A stretch of 62,754 nt of DNA. It comes from Alloascoidea hylecoeti (taxonomy: Eukaryota). The stretch spans positions 1 to 62,754 of the forward strand of contig BCKZ01000039.1 in assembly GCA_001600815.1 (NCBI GenBank), in the 5' to 3' direction. The notes under the pieces were generated by a model. That model ran no database searches and was not told the origin of the DNA. It saw nothing but the letters and a program-made list of their open reading frames with translations. Position numbers and translations under genes: made by a program. Position 1 is the stretch's first letter. Each line of letters starts with the position of its first letter. Positions 61,801 to 62,754 of the stretch are shown here, one piece after another.

Positions 61801-62754
61801 CGTTGAAGCCAATTCACTTACAATGTTCTTTGTGGTTGGTTGTATATTACTAGTTGGCAATTGACCAGATAAAGATTCACTTGATACCGCTACACCTGTT
61901 TGGTCAGTTATGGCTATGGTTGCTTCAGTTGGAACAGTAGTTAAAGGTTGAGTTGTTGTATCTAAAGATGATCCTGTAACGCTTGTTATTATTCCTGTAT
62001 TTCCAGTTGCAACTGTAGTTGCTTCAGTTGGAGCAGTACCAATGGATTGACTTGTAGTATCAAGAGATGATTCTGTAACACCTGCTGTTATTTCTGTATT
62101 TTCAGTTGCGACTGTAGATGCCTCAGTTAGAGCAGTGCCAATGGGTTGACTTGTTTCTAAAGATGATTCTGCAACACTTGTTGTCGTTCCTGTATATCCA
62201 GTTGCAATTGTAGATGCTTCAGCTGGAGCAGTACCAATGGATTGACTTGTAGTATCAAGAGTTGATTCAGTTACACCTGTTGTTATTCCTGTATTTTCAG
62301 TTGCAGCTGTAGATACTTCAGTCAGAGCTGTGGTCAAAGATGGAGCTGCCGTATCCAGAGATGACTCTGTAACACCTGTTGTTATTCCTGTATTTCCAGT
62401 TGGAACTGTGCCAATGGGTTGACTTGTTTCTAAAGATGATTCTGCAACACTTGTTGCCGTTCCTATATTTTCGGTTGCAACTGTAGTTGCTCCAGTTAGA
62501 GCTGTAGTTAAGGCCTGACTTGCTGTGTCTAAAGACGATACGGCTACACCTGTTGTTATTCCTATATTTTCAGTTGCGATTGTAGATGCTTCAGTCAGAG
62601 CTGTAGTCAAAGATGGAACTGCCGTATCCAGAGACGAATCGGTTACACCTGTTGTAGTCCCCGTATTTCCAGTTGGAACTGTGCTAATGGATTGACTTGT
62701 GGTATCTATTTCTGTATTTTCAGTTGCGATCGTAGATGCTTCAGTCAGAGCTGT
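58837..62754 (-). CDS. MSB2: Signalling mucin Msb2/Hkr1 family, 5'-partial (frame open to the window end)
   Basis: Ser/Thr-rich ectodomain; HMH-like LVAVAFDNALNYEFIVKNTLASAQIFTYL; TM helix then RRKK; C-terminal ISAPIISKNSLGW. MSB2 vs HKR1 unresolved. Confidence 0.88.
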   Translation of the reverse strand, partial: TALTEASTIATENTEIDTTSQSISTVPTGNTGTTTGVTDSSLDTAVPSLTTALTEASTIATENIGITTGVAVSSLDTASQALTTALTGATTVATENIGTATSVAESSLETSQPIGTVPTGNTGITTGVTESSLDTAAPSLTTALTEVSTAATENTGITTGVTESTLDTTSQSIGTAPAEASTIATGYTGTTTSVAESSLETSQPIGTALTEASTVATENTEITAGVTESSLDTTSQSIGTAPTEATTVATGNTGIITSVTGSSLDTTTQPLTTVPTEATIAITDQTGVAVSSESLSGQLPTSNIQPTTKNIVSELASTLASIASDVLSIIPTQVSTGYSKSGELSTFDGNTITTYSTNPKIVGSTTVLSKGSSINNLGSETSETESAPITTSNTGSGIIPSTSMGIDASKSSVVENTNIGSTLKVSSGIAVTSQGISQGITSSGLISSNTQFITSNLISKSGSVYSRTASGASTQTTNSGSIVKTNSGATVTSGVSSQLQGTTAISSGITVASGEISLLESATNSGSVNSKTQSIISSAIFSDSLIESGSAQSRTVSATSIKESSIGSNVQTKSAITPATTTSGGESNTQITTSISQSAVYDSTSNSVIKSSSPTASEDTVSRSSKISIVSQTSLGSHTSIHTSNGISQSGSIIESQIMTSKISSDDGRTPSLTTIYQGHSSNALSHSAVISTAASNTMKISSNALHSTDITTPTARSSTEKESTTSENSAVEHTTSETTESENPDVHTTSNSISTPSVTVTNTQTTIATMTTSETTGSIGESTTFLPSSVIVDSTSSAAPTINTEVSALLQPSSIPSSLPQAVVQSANATVPSGSVLVAVAFDNALNYEFIVKNTLASAQIFTYLQKALSYGLSTDESEIYVESISPLSLNGLSYIVSSANVYIPSEKYYLLNYAIANDNSALYNNPDDTVSSFVSHIDSLFSGSLSTSSSKSVADTSQGRLSYTSSSAASTTSDTSGSLEGSSYSGPLSKKSSIVAAVTTVSGVCYLSFLFVVCRIIRRKKVRRESFESQKHLKNPGPPIKSYAEYISQKNSPITAGPLDHNRRASSMGSVQSRSIEFLSPQDLVEIHRKSMRKEQEIEDIQNGLLPFPADNLSSPFGFSNEKTANDIDAKIRSRSHSVPAVTLSPPPRALTVSPDSSRQNSSRSSSHLSPNMQNRPISQTATSATGSKSDIYMSVLFDQRNSGIKTDSSSGFNRLSDSESGNPYTPQDKLIYGPGELGIANLLSSSNSTTAVTSEHKKRFSIASSFSGSGKRGSSLFSKKKTRRISAPIISKNSLGWIEPPK
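61915..62754 (-). repeat. Coding tandem repeats of ~78-99 bp in the mucin
   Basis: Units like TALTEASTIATENTGITTGVTESSLDTTSQSI with 33-, 32- and 26-aa variants. Confidence 0.92.

Overview
AT-rich budding-yeast (Saccharomycotina) genomic DNA. The short 54-72 nt introns with degenerate branch sites, a peroxisomal-type Lon relic and a filamentous-type Ame1 N-terminus suggest an early-diverging lineage such as Dipodascaceae/Trichomonascaceae (inference only). The window starts in a repeat and ends inside a tandem-repeat mucin, so it is probably a whole scaffold. Intact genes: STE20, a DUF3807/Gemin8-like ORF, NAM8/NGR1, AME1, a Zn2Cys6 factor, a HAD hydrolase, MSM1, PFK1, MTC6, ALG10, SMI1, SPO12, a mitochondrial PPR-type protein, tRNA-Val(AAC), a GPI wall protein and a 5'-partial MSB2/HKR1. 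Between them lie four mosaic islands (~6.7-12.6, ~23.9-27.9, ~33.2-36.8 and ~47.3-58.3 kb). These hold decayed host-gene fragments (Lon, NAM8 3' end, UFD4, RIX7), a CryptonF tyrosine-recombinase relic, a coiled-coil + PD-(D/E)xK-like ORF, Tc1 relics, MITE-like inverted repeats, a 23-bp-period array and stacked L1-like LINE remnants. All family assignments come from motif recognition by eye, not database searches.
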